Notes: generated by a model from the letters alone, not told the origin. A DNA stretch of 64,000 nucleotides from Tubiluchus corallicola (GCA_030141605.1 JAQGDQ010000395.1:124001-188000), one strand, 5' to 3'. Positions 1 through 14,934 are shown, counted from the first letter of the stretch. A program made the numbers and translations.

Positions 1-2685
1 GGCAAACGTTACTTTTGTGGTAATTAGATATTGTTGGAAATTGTTATCACCTTTGATTTTGCTATTGTTGTTTTGGTGATTAAATTTGAAGTCTAAATAT
101 TAGTTATTAGTTCCGTTTTGGTTCTGATTAAATAATTTGCACGCGCGCACAAGTGTTTCACCAGTGACACGGATCCACGTAGCCTACACAAGTAAACAAT
201 TATTCCGAAAATTTTGTATACAAAAGTGACGGTAATGCTCGAGAACCCTGAACACAGTAATCTGATTAACTAGCGCCCTGACATAATTATTACACGGCGT
301 CACTTTAACAATGTATCGTTTAAACAATGAAAAGTAACATTTAAAAGTGACAACACAACCGATTCAATAAAAAAAATGCAAGCCATGAAATTAATTCCGC
401 GTTAATAATTTTCTGATTAATTAAAGAAGTCCAAAGTCTTACTATAGTATAATTATTGGAATGCCTGTAAAAATGCGAAGGAAAAAACCATGTCTGACTT
501 CAGACGAAGAACTTCAAATGGCGTGATTTATAGGGTAGTCAAATTAATGATAGTCAAAGATGAGGTTCTAGAGACGATAATTACTAATACGGTAATTATT
601 TTCATACAAGAATGATGAATAATAATAGCTGAGCCGGTTAAAGATGGGCTTTGTAATAGATGATTCATTAACCGAATGTCTCAAACGACATGACTTTTGC
701 ACATCTTGGACCTTTGTCACACCCGCGGGAAACAGAGAGAACTAACGAGCATTCTCTACACAACACTGCTAAGCCAACATACAAAAGTTAAAGCAGTGGT
801 AGTCGAGCGAGCCAGGCATAAAAAAGTTAGTAGTGATAGTTAAGACAGCGCATTGGACACACAAAAATCACATTTTATGGCATGAGGACCAAACGTTTTA
901 CTGGGATAGATAACCGTTCTTAAATTTCTTTTCATTTACGTTCGGACTTTTAATCCCGCTAAATTAACTTTCAAATGATTGTCGCAGGTGTGGATTATTC
1001 TGAGCCTATGTATTTACAATGCCTGTCAAACAGACAGCAGAAATAAAACTGATTATTGTACATTATGTGCAAATGGAGATTTGAAGAAATGGACGCTAAA
1101 TTATAACTGCAACATCTGAATGGTTCCTTATGTAATAAGTAAGAGCCTATTTGCAATAATGTCTAATAATACGTTAGCTATCACTGCATTACAATTGTGC
1201 TAAAATGGTTTTCCATAACCTTCATGGCCGACGCTATCTATTTGTTTGTATTTTACATTTTGCACTTTTGTTTATTTATATTTTGTATTGTTTTAGTACA
1301 CGGAAGCTGAACGTAGAGGAGCCCATGGCTCACTCTAGCCATCAAGTTTAAATAAAGATCTTACGTTATCTTATGAGATTTGTCAATCCGCAAAAAATAG
1401 CAGATCTATTACTGGATTTATAAAATGCTAAAAAATCAATGAGTATCAGTGAGTAATCAAAACTTCTATCAGTATCCATCCTCACAGTAGTTGCAAAACA
1501 GTGGTGTTATCTTAATCAAGTTATCTTAATTTTACATACTGTTAATAAATAATAGCCATTCTATCTTTTATATCATCTCATATATGAGCTTCATTCATGG
1601 CACCATTCCATTCTGTAGCACTAATGTTTTCTTTATCATACGATTCACTTCAAATTTTCAGATTATTTCCATTACTTTTTTTCTTTCACTGTGTGGGACA
1701 ATCTAACAAGCCCTGCTGTTTGATTGCCCGCAACACAATTACCTTCGTTTATAGGTGAACAGTGTGTGAGGCTTTTCCTGTGCAGAAACAATGAAAGCTT
1801 ATTTGTATTATGTTCATTGTAGGCCCTTACACTATATATTGTACATGAAACTACTGTAAATGTGTAATGTGAAATAAATGACCTACGACTTGACTTATCT
1901 TGTCACGTGATAAGTAGGTGGCAAGTAAGAAGGCCAAATCCTTTGAGTAAAAGGTAACACAATTCGTAAGAAGCAGGCAATTATGATTGTTGCCACATCA
2001 ACTCGCTGGATATTGTTCTCGTTTCCAGAGAGACGAATTGGGTGCATGGCTGCAAAAGAGGACAAAGGCCATTTTCGTCACAGCCGTTTTGGCATGAGTC
2101 AGAAACACACACTTGCGTGCATTAATAAATGCTTCTCACATGCTGTTTCGATCGGGTTGAACGGCTTCAGTGCGTCCCGCTTAGAGGCGGTTGCAGGCTG
2201 GGGTGAAAAAGTTTTCGCGTCGTGCCAGACGCAACCATGCCAACGCGGTTTGTTGAACTACGTTCTTCGTAGCGCGTAACAAAGCCCACATTCTAATTTC
2301 CAAAATGCCTAAATTAAGAAGGTGTTTTTCTCTTGCTTCAACTGCTTGACTGTAAATGGTCGGGCGGAATGTCCTCAGTCTGGTTTTTTACGTCTGCGCT
2401 CGATTAGTGTGTTTTGTCTGCGGTAATTGCTATTTCAGCCATGACGGTTAGATGAAAATGTCACGACTCTGTGAATTGTAACCAGAACTTCCCTCTACGG
2501 CTAATTACAAATGCGTTTTCGCTGTTAAAGAGCCGTTCCGTCGACAGGCCTGAATGGTCAGAAAGGCGAGTATCCAACAGAAGCGCCAAAAGGCGGGAAA
2601 GCGCCACTCTAAAAAAGTTTTTCTTCTCTTTTACAGGCAAAATTATTGCGTCGTAATAGTGACGGCACTTCAAAGGAAAAATTGC

Positions 2686-2942
2686 ATGTAACGCCAAGTG
2701 CAAATTAAAGAAGATTATTCTTCGTAAAAAATGAGCAATGTCAGACGATCACAGACAATAGTTGAATATTATACAACTATATATATATATATATTTGTAT
2801 TATCACAGATAATAGTTGAATATTATACAACTATATATATATATATATATATTTCTATTATCACAGATAATAGTTGAATATTATACAACTATATATATAT
2901 ATACATATTTGTATTATCACAGATAATAGTTGAATATTATAC

Positions 2943-3028
<86 letters not shown>

Positions 3029-3093
3029 GATCGTCTGACATTGCTCATTTTTTACGGAGAATAATCTTTTTTAATTTGCATTTGACATTACAT
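2686..3093. repeat. Foldback: ~68-bp inverted repeat (2686-2753 / 3026-3093) enclosing four tandem ~55-bp hairpin+(TA)n units
   Basis: Left arm ...AAAAAATGAGCAATGTCAGACGATCACA is the reverse complement of the right arm TGTGATCGTCTGACATTGCTCATTTTTT.... The spacer has 4x ACAGATAATAGTTGAATATTATACAACTAT(AT)n. Confidence 0.9.
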
Positions 3094-4545
3094 TTGACAT
3101 TATATATATATATATATACGTATAAACGCGCCTGCTGTCGTCGATAGCGACAGTCAAGTTTTGAAACCTGAACTTACAACTAATAACTCCTCTTCTTCAA
3201 GTGCCAATTTCTGCCAAATAGGATACGTTGAACAGTCCGATACAGGATACATTAACCATTAATTAAATTATGACTATGAATGACAGAATGTTCATAGACT
3301 ATTGCAGTTTATTTCCCCAATGAATTGAAGGAAGAAAGTAGACGCTGAGTTATTGAGGGATACCAAACTTGCTCCCGCAGCCGTTCTGCACAGAGGAGGG
3401 TGGCAGGACCTGCTGGACTAGTTGGCAAGGGTCAATGCTTCTGGAGGTGCCTAGTCCGTCTGGTAGAGGCAAAGAGGGGATGACAGTTTTCATTTGACAT
3501 TCCGTATTCAGAACATATTTAACTGTACTAGTGCTGCTGCTGCTTGTACTAGTGTATTTACTGCTACTAGTTATTGTCTTATGTTTATATTTCAAGAAAA
3601 ACCAGACGATTGTGTAAACATTAGTTTAAAATAAAGAATGCTGTAAAATATTGAAAACTACAACAGCTTTTTTAAATCAAAGCTTAGATTAAATAATAAT
3701 TACCTCGGATATTTAAATTTGGTTAAACTTTCAAAGCTACGCTAGGCTCAGTGAATCTACTAAGGCTGGCAATGGCGCCATTTTGTCACATTTGACCGAC
3801 AAATAGGCGCGTTACCGTGATAAGCCCGAACTACACTGTTCGTCTGTGGCGTCATTATGACGTATAGCTCATTTTCATGACATCACTTCAGCGTCTGAGA
3901 GCAATCTTTGCTTACGCAAACGTGCTTGACGCTCAGGGAAGATGCCTACCATTGCCCAGACTGTGGTTAGTTTGGTACGTAAGCGATAACTGTGTTCGGT
4001 TGCAGTTGATAAATTAACTTTCCAAGTAATTATTCAAATACTAGAAACAATTGCTAACTTTGATATGCAAGAAAATGTACATTTTGGACAGTAGATTAAA
4101 ATCTGATTGAGTCTAATGAATCGTCCGGTTTTCCTTTAAATAAATTGTATAAAACGTAAACGAATGAAGTGTGTTTGCTGAACATAGAATGAGTATTTCA
4201 CTACTTCCTCATAAACAACACACCACGACTCGAGAGCTTTACTATAGAGCATTTAATCACGGAATGTTCGCGCTAAATGCTCGCTAGTCTCCCGTTCATT
4301 AAGAATTTACCGATTGCGGTTATTGAAAGCTTGCCGCCTAGCGTGTTGTACTAAGAACCACTCCCTTTAATTAACCTGCCTCACGTGAACGAAGGTGCAG
4401 ATTGAATCTTCCTATATTTTTCATGCAGGAATCGCATTCAGCGATCGTTGTCCGAGATACATAATTTCGCAAGGTGTACTGGTAATTATTTTCAATAGGA
4501 CGGCGAGTAATCTTTATAGGTGGTTCTTTACAATGTTTTGAAATA

Positions 4546-4549
<4 letters not shown>

Positions 4550-4614
<65 letters not shown>
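4550..4614. repeat. (TG)n microsatellite
   Basis: Direct reading. Confidence 0.97.
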
Positions 4615-4616
<2 letters not shown>

Positions 4617-4719
4617 ACGTGACGTAAAAATATCTGATTTTTAATAGTTGTAATAATTGTATATATATTATGTTAAAACTACAACAGTTACATTACCTAA
4701 AAGGGAAACAAAGAGGAAC

Positions 4720-5040
<321 letters not shown>

Positions 5041-5589
5041 GTGGGAAAAAGAGAGAGGAGAGGGGAACTTGAGAAGGATGTTTCATATGCAAAAGAAAAA
5101 AGGAAACACCGAGACAAAAATACCAGCAACCATTAACTACGATGAATAATAACAGTAGCAAAAATTACCTTTTTCTGTTTCATGTTTGGAATAATTAAAA
5201 CTTCTCAAGATGCGTGGTAGCATTAATTAGTATAAACAATAATGAATCGATTACTAAAATTGTCTTGCGATCGGAGTGAATGAACAAACGAACGAATGAA
5301 CAAACGTTTAAGCAAATAATACATTAGATAAAGGAAAGCGAATGAATGAAGAAAAAATCAAACAAGCAAACAAACGAGTAACGATTAAGTACTTCCTTTT
5401 TTACAAACAGACAAATAAGCCTGCAAACAAACAAAACAAGCACACAAACAGACAGACAAACAAGCAAACAAACGACTAACGATTGAGTACTTCCTTTTTT
5501 ACAAACAAACAAACAAACAAAGTTACAAACAAACGAGCGAACAAGGATACAAACATGCAAAATGATGCAAGCCTATAAGCAAACAAAAC

Positions 5590-5892
5590 TTACAAACAAA
5601 CAAACAAATAAGCACACAAACAGACAAACAAACAAACAAACAAACAAACAAACAAACAAACAAACAAACAAACAAACAAACAAACAAACAAACAAACAAA
5701 CAAACAAACAAACAAACAAACAAACAAACAAACAAACAAACAAACAAACAAACAAACAAACAAATAAACAAGCAAGCAAACAAAACAAACAAACAAACAA
5801 ACAAACAAACAAACAAACAAACAAACAAGCAAGCAAGCAAGCAAGCAAACAAACAAACAAACAGACAGACAGACAGACAAACAAACAAACAA
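5590..5892. repeat. (CAAA)n microsatellite with CAAG/CAGA variants
   Basis: Direct reading. Confidence 0.97.
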
Positions 5893-6538
5893 CCGAATAA
5901 CAATTGAGTACTTACTATATTGTCGTTTCTGTTTAAAACTCGGCACTGTAGGAAGACAGTTTTATCCACTTCGGCAGTTACGTTTCTTGGAGTCGCAGAA
6001 TCAAACTGAACAACGCCATCTGTGTTTCGTGAACAATTTACTGAAACAAAAAATTAAAACAATAAATCACATTAAGTCTGTATATTATGATATTTCATGT
6101 TTTTCTCCCTTCTGTTTATCATCTTTGACCTACGTAGTACCGCTGCGTACATTTTCGGTTATGCAAATTATTTAATGAAATGAGAGTTTAAAAGGTGATT
6201 AAAATTTTGTAATATCTAGATCATTTAATTACACGATCAGCGCAATAATCATCTAAAAGCATGAAAATAATAAAAAAATAACAGCAATTCATTTCTAGAT
6301 ACATTTTGAATTCATTTAATTCATTAAGCGGCCATCTTTTTTGACTTTATAATTAGACGTTTCATAAAACTCCAATTTCGGTCTTTTCGACTTCTTGTGC
6401 GATAATCTTTCAAGTAAATATTACAAGAAAACGTTACAAACATTTCCTGCATATTTGGGGGGGGGGGGGGGTGGTCAATTTATTTCATATATTAACCTTA
6501 CTATTTGTTTATTGGACAACAACTCTATGGCACTAATT

Positions 6539-7055
6539 TTCTATTCTATTCTATTCTATTCTATTCTATTCTATTCTATTCTATTCCATTCCATTCCATT
6601 CCATTCCATTCCATTCCATTCCATTCCATTCCATTCCATTCCATTCCATTCCATTCCACTCCACTCCACTCCACTCCACTCCACTCCACTCCACTCCACT
6701 CCACTCCACTCCATTCCATTCCATTCCATTCCATTCCATTCCATTCCATTCCATTCCATTCCATTCCATTCCATTCCATTCTATTCTATTCTATTCTATT
6801 CTATTCTTCTATTCTATTCTTCTATTCTATTCTATTCTATTCTATTCTATTCTATTCTATTCTATTCTATTCTATTCTATTCTATTCTATTGCATTCCAT
6901 TCTACTCTATTCCATTCCATTCTATTCCACTCCATTCCATTCCAATCCACTCCACTGCACTCTACTCTACTCCACTCCTCATCACCCCACCCCACCCCAT
7001 TCCATTCCACTCCATTCCATTCCATTCCATTCCATTCCATTCCATTCTATTCTAT
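6539..7055. repeat. Compound pentanucleotide microsatellite (TTCTA)n/(TTCCA)n/(CTCCA)n
   Basis: Direct reading. Confidence 0.97.
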
Positions 7056-7091
7056 TAGTAATTCTATTTAGCTTTGTTGTCATTAATGTAA

Positions 7092-7198
7092 TGGCGCGTT
7101 CAGAGAAGTTGCGAGAGCCGTTCACGCGTTGCAACTTTACTCTCAAAAAGAAGTTGAGCAACAAGTTGCGAGAGAAGTCTCTACGTCTGAACGCGCCA
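7092..7198. mobile_element. Short hairpin element / mini-MITE with 13-bp terminal inverted repeat
   Basis: TGGCGCGTTCAGA ... TCTGAACGCGCCA, with internal AAGTTGCGAGAG twice; no clear TSD. Confidence 0.45.
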
Positions 7199-7637
7199 CA
7201 ATTGTTGCTTTGTCATGCCGCCACGTTGGCTTTCGTTTCATCACGCTGTTCAGCCCCATTCTACTCAAGTGTGGCAATTTTATGAGACCTGACGAATCAA
7301 AATTCATTGATTAATCCCAGAAGTTGTGACATCAATTTCTCAACACACACATTTGCCTCATCCGTGCAACTAGACGGTTACTTTCCTAAAGCTGATCTCA
7401 TTTGCTACAAAAATTTACATATCGTAATGATTCGTTCCAATTTAGCAGAGAAAACTCGTGCTGCTGGGGGAGGGGGGAGGAGAGCAGGATGCTGATTTCA
7501 TCACAAATCTTCTTGACTGATCGACTTTCCTGGTAGAAATGTTCACGCAGGCGGATGTGTTCTGGTAGCGTGAATCGAAACCGTAAAAAAGCCGTTGACC
7601 GTGCCATAGGGACGGAGCAGCACAGCATGGTTGTATG

Positions 7638-8060
<423 letters not shown>

Positions 8061-8682
8061 TTTTTTGGAAAACTAACTTGTTTTATTGATACATGCTAAG
8101 TAAAGCGATATTCTTGCAGAAATTTTGGAAGCTAAAATGGGTCTTGGTGCATTTTTATTCTAATTGGAGAAAGCTTAAAATAACAAACTTACGATCCATT
8201 TCCAATCTTAATATTCAAGGTCATTATTAAATGGTGGAGGAATCCAGAGTAATTAAATTTTTGAACCCAAACATTGCCGAACGGAAGTAAATGTAAAAAC
8301 ATCTGCCCAAAACTGGATTTGAACCAAACAGCTTTGTATTACGAAACTAATACCACTAGTCTACACAGTAACACCACAGTCAACGTTTTAAGCCAAATTC
8401 TCATATACATTCCTTTTGGGCAAAATGGTTTGAAAAGTTCGGTAACTGTGGATTAATTCGTTCATTAGTGGAGACGTACTCATTATTTCTTCAATTCAAC
8501 TTTGACCTTAAATCATAATTATCGCAGCTGGCCCTCACCAACACATTCCTACTACGATTATCTACACCAACACATCCCTACTACTATTATCTACTGGAAG
8601 ATCTAATCATTTCAATTTTCTGATGCCACTTTGTCACTGTTGTTTCTGATGTCAGACGATGGCTAAATCTCATAAGACATCA

Positions 8683-9095
<413 letters not shown>

Positions 9096-9845
9096 ATTTA
9101 TTTCACTCGAGCAATACATATACAATACATCAACATACAATATTATTGAAACAAAAACAAACAGTATAGGTAAAAAGAACGTTGATGAAGTCAAATTAAC
9201 CAAATAAAAGAGTTGCTGTATGACACCTTGAAAGCTTGACTTGTTAGGGTGGCACAAATGAGTGAATGAAAGAATGGTTAGGGTTAGTAGACATGATGGA
9301 ATGGAAAAAAACAGTAAGATTAGGGAGAGGAAGAAGGAACAGAGGAGAAGAAACAACCACAGTGTATGTTTAATTTACTTAGAGGTATATTAAAATAGCA
9401 TTATTCGTACATTGTCACTGATTTACTAAAACATCTATGAAGTTCCCTTTATTTTGAGCTCGCAGTAAACTAACAGAGAATTATTTATTCATATAAAGAA
9501 ACTCTTTTTTCTTTTCCCATTTTTCTTTTCTGAATAATTACCCAGATTGCAGCATCTTGCTTGAGTGAATCTTTCTATTGCTAATCAAAGCAGCACACGC
9601 GCGCCTGCTATAGCTGCAGGCTGTGAATTCTAGTCATTGATTTGAATGCAAAAAATGAATTTTTTGTGATGTCTCTTAGTGGATTTTGTTTACACAAAGT
9701 GTTTGTGGTGACTTAGACTCCAGGGCGTATCGTGAGTAATTGCTGTCTGTGAGGGCGGGAATGACTTCGAGTGTCCATGTTTGAAATTTTCGTACTGAAG
9801 CTTTCAGGCAAAGGCATAAATTTATTTTATTTTTTGTGATGCAGA

Positions 9846-10403
9846 TGTTGGCATCCTTCTGTCTCGGAAGATAATGGAGTGCGCCCCAAGAGAGTCAGTT
9901 ATTGATCATACTGATGGAGCTGCAGCGTCGACTGTGGCTGAGCAATCCGATCCTTGAACCACAGGAGTGGCCTCTCCAGGGCGCACTGCCTGGGCAAGGT
10001 GTATGGAGATCCTGAGTTGCCCTGACAACAGGAACCTCCTCTCTTCCTCCCTGGTGTAGTCCAAAGGAAAGCGGAGCGATACGTTTGGCACCAGGTTGGC
10101 TGCAGGAGCTGCCAGAGTCAGTGAGCATGGTGCACTGGTCCGTCTTCGGGGCTCCACTCCTGATTTGGAAGGTTTACTCCTCTACACGTGGCCGTTGGAT
10201 CACTTGACCTCCTCCGCCCTCTAGCCGTTGGCTGCTAGTGCAGCTCCCCCGCCTAGTGTCAAGATACAGTGTGGGCATCCCGCAAGCCTACAGCACCTGG
10301 TATTCCTAGGCGGTAACCCATCCAAGTACTAACCAGGCTCTACGTTGCTTAACTTCGGTGATCAGACGAGAAGCGGTGTTTTCTACGTGATTTGGCCGTA
10401 GTC
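9846..10403 (-). mobile_element. 5S rRNA-derived SINE (SINE3 class) with RTE-derived body and tail, copy 1
   Basis: Minus strand: 120-nt 5S-like head (10284-10403), then a GC-rich body, then a tail encoding CGSRIGLLSHSRRCSS* (RTE ORF C-terminal Zn-finger remnant) ending TCTTCCGAGACAGAAGGATGCCAACA. Three other copies lie in the window. Confidence 0.92.
10284..10403 (-). pseudogene. 5S rRNA-derived SINE head (full length, boxes A/IE/C present)
   Basis: Reverse complement reads GACTACGGCCAAATCACGTAGAAAACACCGCTTCTCGTCTGATCACCGAAGTTAAGCAACGTAGAGCCTGGTTAGTACTTGGATGGGTTACCGCCTAGGAATACCAGGTGCTGTAGGCTT; no T4 terminator follows. Confidence 0.92.
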
Positions 10404-10884
10404 TTGATGTACAATGACAATATATAATACTGGTAATTATACATTTTTAATAGTGATTTTTAGTAATCTTCGAATCAAGTAATATTTAAAAAGTCTTTAC
10501 TGCTTTGCCATAGCAGTCTTGCTTATTAACTGTGAGTGTGGGTACATCTATGTATTTTAACTTTGATCTAATTCGAAGCAGAACGCATACAGCAACTTAA
10601 TATTAATATAACTTAATATTAATCTTGAGTAACTAACAGAAATTATCAATGGTTTATGCAGATTGTTAATATTGTCATTAATGATATTGTACGAATAAAA
10701 TGATAATAATAATTGAAGTTAAGATCTCGAAGTTATTAAAGTAATTTTGCTAAAATCACACAAGATAAAATGGAATGCCATTATTCTCATGTATGACAAC
10801 GTTCCATGACATCTTTGACAGCGTGTGCGTGTGAATTGATTTGTTCTAACTGCTCAACTTTGTCTTCATGTATCTAAGCTTGAA

Positions 10885-11402
10885 AGGACAAGAAAAGGGG
10901 TACTTAAAGTAGGTTTCATCGCCTTAAAAATTTTATTGTTTTATGGCAGTTTTATGCGTCTATCGTTCTCGTGTTGAAAGGATTTTTTTGTTTTTTTCAC
11001 TTTAAAATCCCCCCGTGACACTGTTCTGAAGGCGCCATTGCATGACGTCATATACGCACAAACGTAAATCAGGGGAAGAAAACGAAATGTTAAACTATGT
11101 CCCAAAAAGCTTTCAATGCAAAGTTAGATTACTTAGCATTTCACTTACCTGCTTGAAAGGCTTATGTAACTAGAAAAAAATTATTAATTATTGAAAATGC
11201 TTTCGCCAATTGGTAAAATGTCGCTGACTCACCCTCCAGGGTGCACCACTCACTAACCAAAAACGTATTTTAATCTTATTGACAAGATTCAGAAATATTA
11301 GTTAGTGACATGTGAGCTACGAATGCCCTGAAGGCAGTAGGTAAGTGGTATAAAATTTCAAGACGAATTTTTTAAGCTTTATGTCGAAGGTTTTCTTGTG
11401 CT
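10885..11402 (+). mobile_element. Kolobok/T2-like MITE family A, copy 1 (internally deleted)
   Basis: (TGAA)AGGACAAGAAAA ... TTTTCTTGTGCT(TTAA); interior homologous to 22622-23313 and 30484-31111. TTAA TSD with AGG termini is the established Kolobok/T2 signature. Confidence 0.8.
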
Positions 11403-11503
11403 TTAAAACAAAATATTTCGCAAATTAAGGCTGTTTTGTCGGTTAGAAATCCCATTAGAGCTTGTGTTATCGTTTCTATAAAATCCGACATTAAATGAAA
11501 TTG

Positions 11504-11744
<241 letters not shown>

Positions 11745-12217
11745 GTGTAAGGCTTTGCCTTCTTTACTCCATACATGAATAAACACGTTCATGGCAAAGA
11801 GTCTCTTAGGGTCGTAGGATTGTCCCTGAGACCTCCATGAAACAAATAACTTTGACAAACCTGTTTTTTTAGATGGCTAGCATGCAGCGATTAGAATAAA
11901 GAAAGATAATCCAACGTGGATCTGTGCCTGTCTTTGCTTACTCATATGCTGCAGCAAATTTCAACAACTTGCAAAACGGAAGCTGAATGATTAATGAGCG
12001 CTTGGTTTTATTAATGTTTATCCAAATTAAATTTACCAGACGGAATTATGAAATAACTCTTCCGCGAAATGTGCAGTTTTATTTTAATTGGCTTCGCGAA
12101 GGAATTTGCACGCGAGCATTTGACACCAGAGTGGAGCTAATGATGATATGTGGCTGTGCGTAAATCGTCTGAATGTCTTGCAGCTTCGCCTCAAACAAGT
12201 AGTCGGGCAATGACTGA

Positions 12218-12360
12218 CAGTGCGGTACGGTACGAAAAAAGTCGTACTTTGTACCTCTAAAAAATACCGTACCGCAATTATATACCGTACTACAAAATCG
12301 AATCGTACCGTATTAGTACGATAAAATATTGTACCGTAATTCAAACCAAATTCCGTACCA
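12218..12360. mobile_element. Cluster of GTACCG/CGGTAC motifs, probable subterminal region of a DNA transposon
   Basis: Many TACCGTAC-type motifs in both orientations starting at CAGTGCGGTACGGTAC; no partner terminus found. Confidence 0.35.
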
Positions 12361-12516
12361 AGTTCATGTAGGATCTACTATAAAAATATAAATAGTGGCA
12401 TAAAAGTTAATTGTAAAAATGACAAGTTTATCCATTATTGTTATGAATTTATACGTACTATAAAAACTGAAATGCTGTTTGATTTTCCATACTAATTATT
12501 TTTGATTACAAAAGCT

Positions 12517-12805
12517 AGGTAGGCAAGTAGGTAGGTAAGTAGGTAGGTAGGCAGGTAGGTAAGCAGGTAGGTAGGTAGGTAAGTAGGTAGGTAGGCAGGT
12601 AAGCAGGTAGGTGGTAGGTAGGTAGGTAGGTAGGTAGGTAAGTAGGTAGGTAGGTAGGTAGGTAGGTAGGTAGGTAGGTAGGTAGGTAGGTAGGTAGGTA
12701 GATAGGTAGGTAGGTAGGTAGGTAGGTAGGTAGGTAGGTAGGTAGGTAGGTAGGTAGGTAGGTAGGTAGGTAGGTAGATAGGTAGTTTGGGTAGGAAGGT
12801 AGGTA
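12517..12805. repeat. (TAGG)n microsatellite
   Basis: Direct reading. Confidence 0.97.
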
Positions 12806-13350
12806 TGGCTACAATACAGGCTATATTATACACAAAAGCAGTCTTATGATAAAAATTATATCAATATTAATATATACAATTGGCAAAGACATAAACCAAG
12901 TTACTCATAATGAGTATGTCGTTAATTGCTTAAAACGAGTTAATGCACTTGTGCTAGGTAATTTCAATCAAAAAACTTGAGCAACTCGTTGCCGTGAACT
13001 TTCAAAAACCTTATTGCTAAAATTGATCATTACATGGTCATCGCTAGAAATAGCAAACAATAAAAGGATTAAAGTTTCCGAACTTACTAATTTTTAAGCA
13101 CTTTTAAAGTCTGAGTTATACCCGTTGTGTACAGATATTTCTAATGCTTAAATTCAGGACGCTGATTTTGAATAATCTGGGCTTAGTAGCTTAGTATTGC
13201 CATAAAATCTGACAGCGTTATATCCGAAACTCTACTCCACAAGTACCTACCACTAACAAATTTTGGACAATCAAAACTTTAAAGTCAACAATGTCAGTTT
13301 TCCATCCAGTTGGGTATGACTTACAAAATTGACCCAGCGCTGAGGTTTAG

Positions 13351-13700
13351 CTGACTTCAGCGCTGTGAAGCCCAACTGACTTCAGCGCTGTGAAGCCCAA
13401 CTGACTTCAGTGCTGTGAAGCCCAACTGACTTCAGTGCTGTGAAGCCCAACTGACTTCAGCGCTGTGAAGCCCAACTGACTTCAGTGCTGTGAAGCCCAA
13501 CTGACTTTAGTGCTGTGAAGCCCAACTGACTTCAGTGCTGTGAAGCCCAACTGACTTCAGTGCTGTGAAGCCCAACTGACTTCAGTGCTGTGAAGCCCAA
13601 CTGACTTCAGTGCTGTGAAGCCCAACTGACTTCAGTGCTGTGAAGCCCAACTGACTTCAGTGCTGTGAAGCCCAACTGACTTCAGTGCTGTGAAGCCCAA
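13351..13700. repeat. 25-bp minisatellite x14 (CTGACTTCAGTGCTGTGAAGCCCAA)
   Basis: Exact 25-bp period with near-identical units; internal CTTCA...TGAAG inverted repeat. Confidence 0.96.
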
Positions 13701-14934
13701 CTGGCTAGACCACGTACATTACTGTGAGACTGCCAGCTAAAAAATTACTTTGTCTAAACTGACAAGGAAAAACTCGAAATAAAAATATTTATCTAAACTA
13801 ACGTGCACAACTAGGCGCCATATTTATTAAATATTTATTTTATTGCGAAAAAACAACACTCACAAAATGTATCATTCCACTGAGAATACCATTCTTCTCA
13901 GAACAGCAAAATAAGAGCCTACTCTCCTATTAAAATTATTATTATTACCGAATAGGGTGAACACTGTTTGATTATTTATCCATGTACTGGAAATCTTGCA
14001 TTAGTGTACATAGCAGCCTTCGCTTGTACAGGCTTTGGCCACCTTGTGGCGATTCTTGGCTTAATCACGTGATCAATTTGATCTGGGTCAGAGGCCTACT
14101 GTGAAGTGAAGACGTGTCATGATAAGATATTGTCGTTATCTGTTTACAATTGCTCATGATTTGGGACTGATAACGTATTTATATCCTCTAATTACTTTAA
14201 AAAACTTAAATTTAGTTTAAAATAACAGCTAGGTATTAATTAATATGACAGTGCAGTGTATGACTCTTAATTATGTAAGATTGACTTTCGGCTATTATTA
14301 TTTTTTGTTATTTTTGGCACTAATTTCTTATGCTTAGATGGAATGACATGTTTTGGCAAATAAAGAGCAAAGAAAGAGCAAAATTTAATCGAATTTGGTT
14401 TTGAAAGCCCAAACAGTCCCACAAAGAGCAGGTTGCCCTCAGGGTGGACTACTCACACTCACAGCATTCCTAATCAAAGCATTAGCAAAACTACCTCTCG
14501 TTATTCTGTAACTGTTTCAAACGTCACTTAGTTTACACGGATGCTGAATACCAAGCGTCTCTAAAGCAAAAAGCTCAGCCATATCAGTCCAATCTGCCAG
14601 ATTTCATTAACGTGTTCTTCGCCAAATATGTAGCGTTTGTATTGGAAGCCGATTGAAGATGTAGTGGGAACGGAGACACGACGAGGCGCTTGTTGTTCCA
14701 CTCGAGTGAATTGAATTCCGTTGTTCAATGTTGTACTCCGAGGGGCATTTTGTTTTCAAAGTGAAATGCGAAATGTTTGGGAAACTGAGCGCGAAGTTGA
14801 CGGAACGAAAACACTTGAAAAAGAAATACTCGTGGGGCCCGCTTGGGGCGCTCTACGAATTCATCAAATCTCAGAAGGTCGATTAACAGAGACAGACTTT
14901 GCTCTGTTTTATTCTTTCTTTTGCTACATTTGAT

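Noticed and set aside
1-190. LTR 3' end at the window start
   Set aside because: Only ATTAAA and a CA-ending motif; the 5' part is outside the window and there is no second copy.
3350-3595. Transposase CXC-like remnant (PSLPLPD...NGCGSK)
   Set aside because: The key Trp/Cys residues are missing; similarity is too weak.
9895-10157. Conserved small protein family (MLTDSGSSCSQPGAKR / MEPRRRTS, repeated at 21555 and 32668)
   Set aside because: These are translations of SINE copies; only the last ~20 codons derive from real RTE coding sequence.
13351-13700. CRISPR array (palindromic 25-bp repeats; likewise the 40532, 48326 and 37446 arrays)
   Set aside because: Units are head-to-tail with no unique spacers, there are no cas genes, and the context is eukaryotic.
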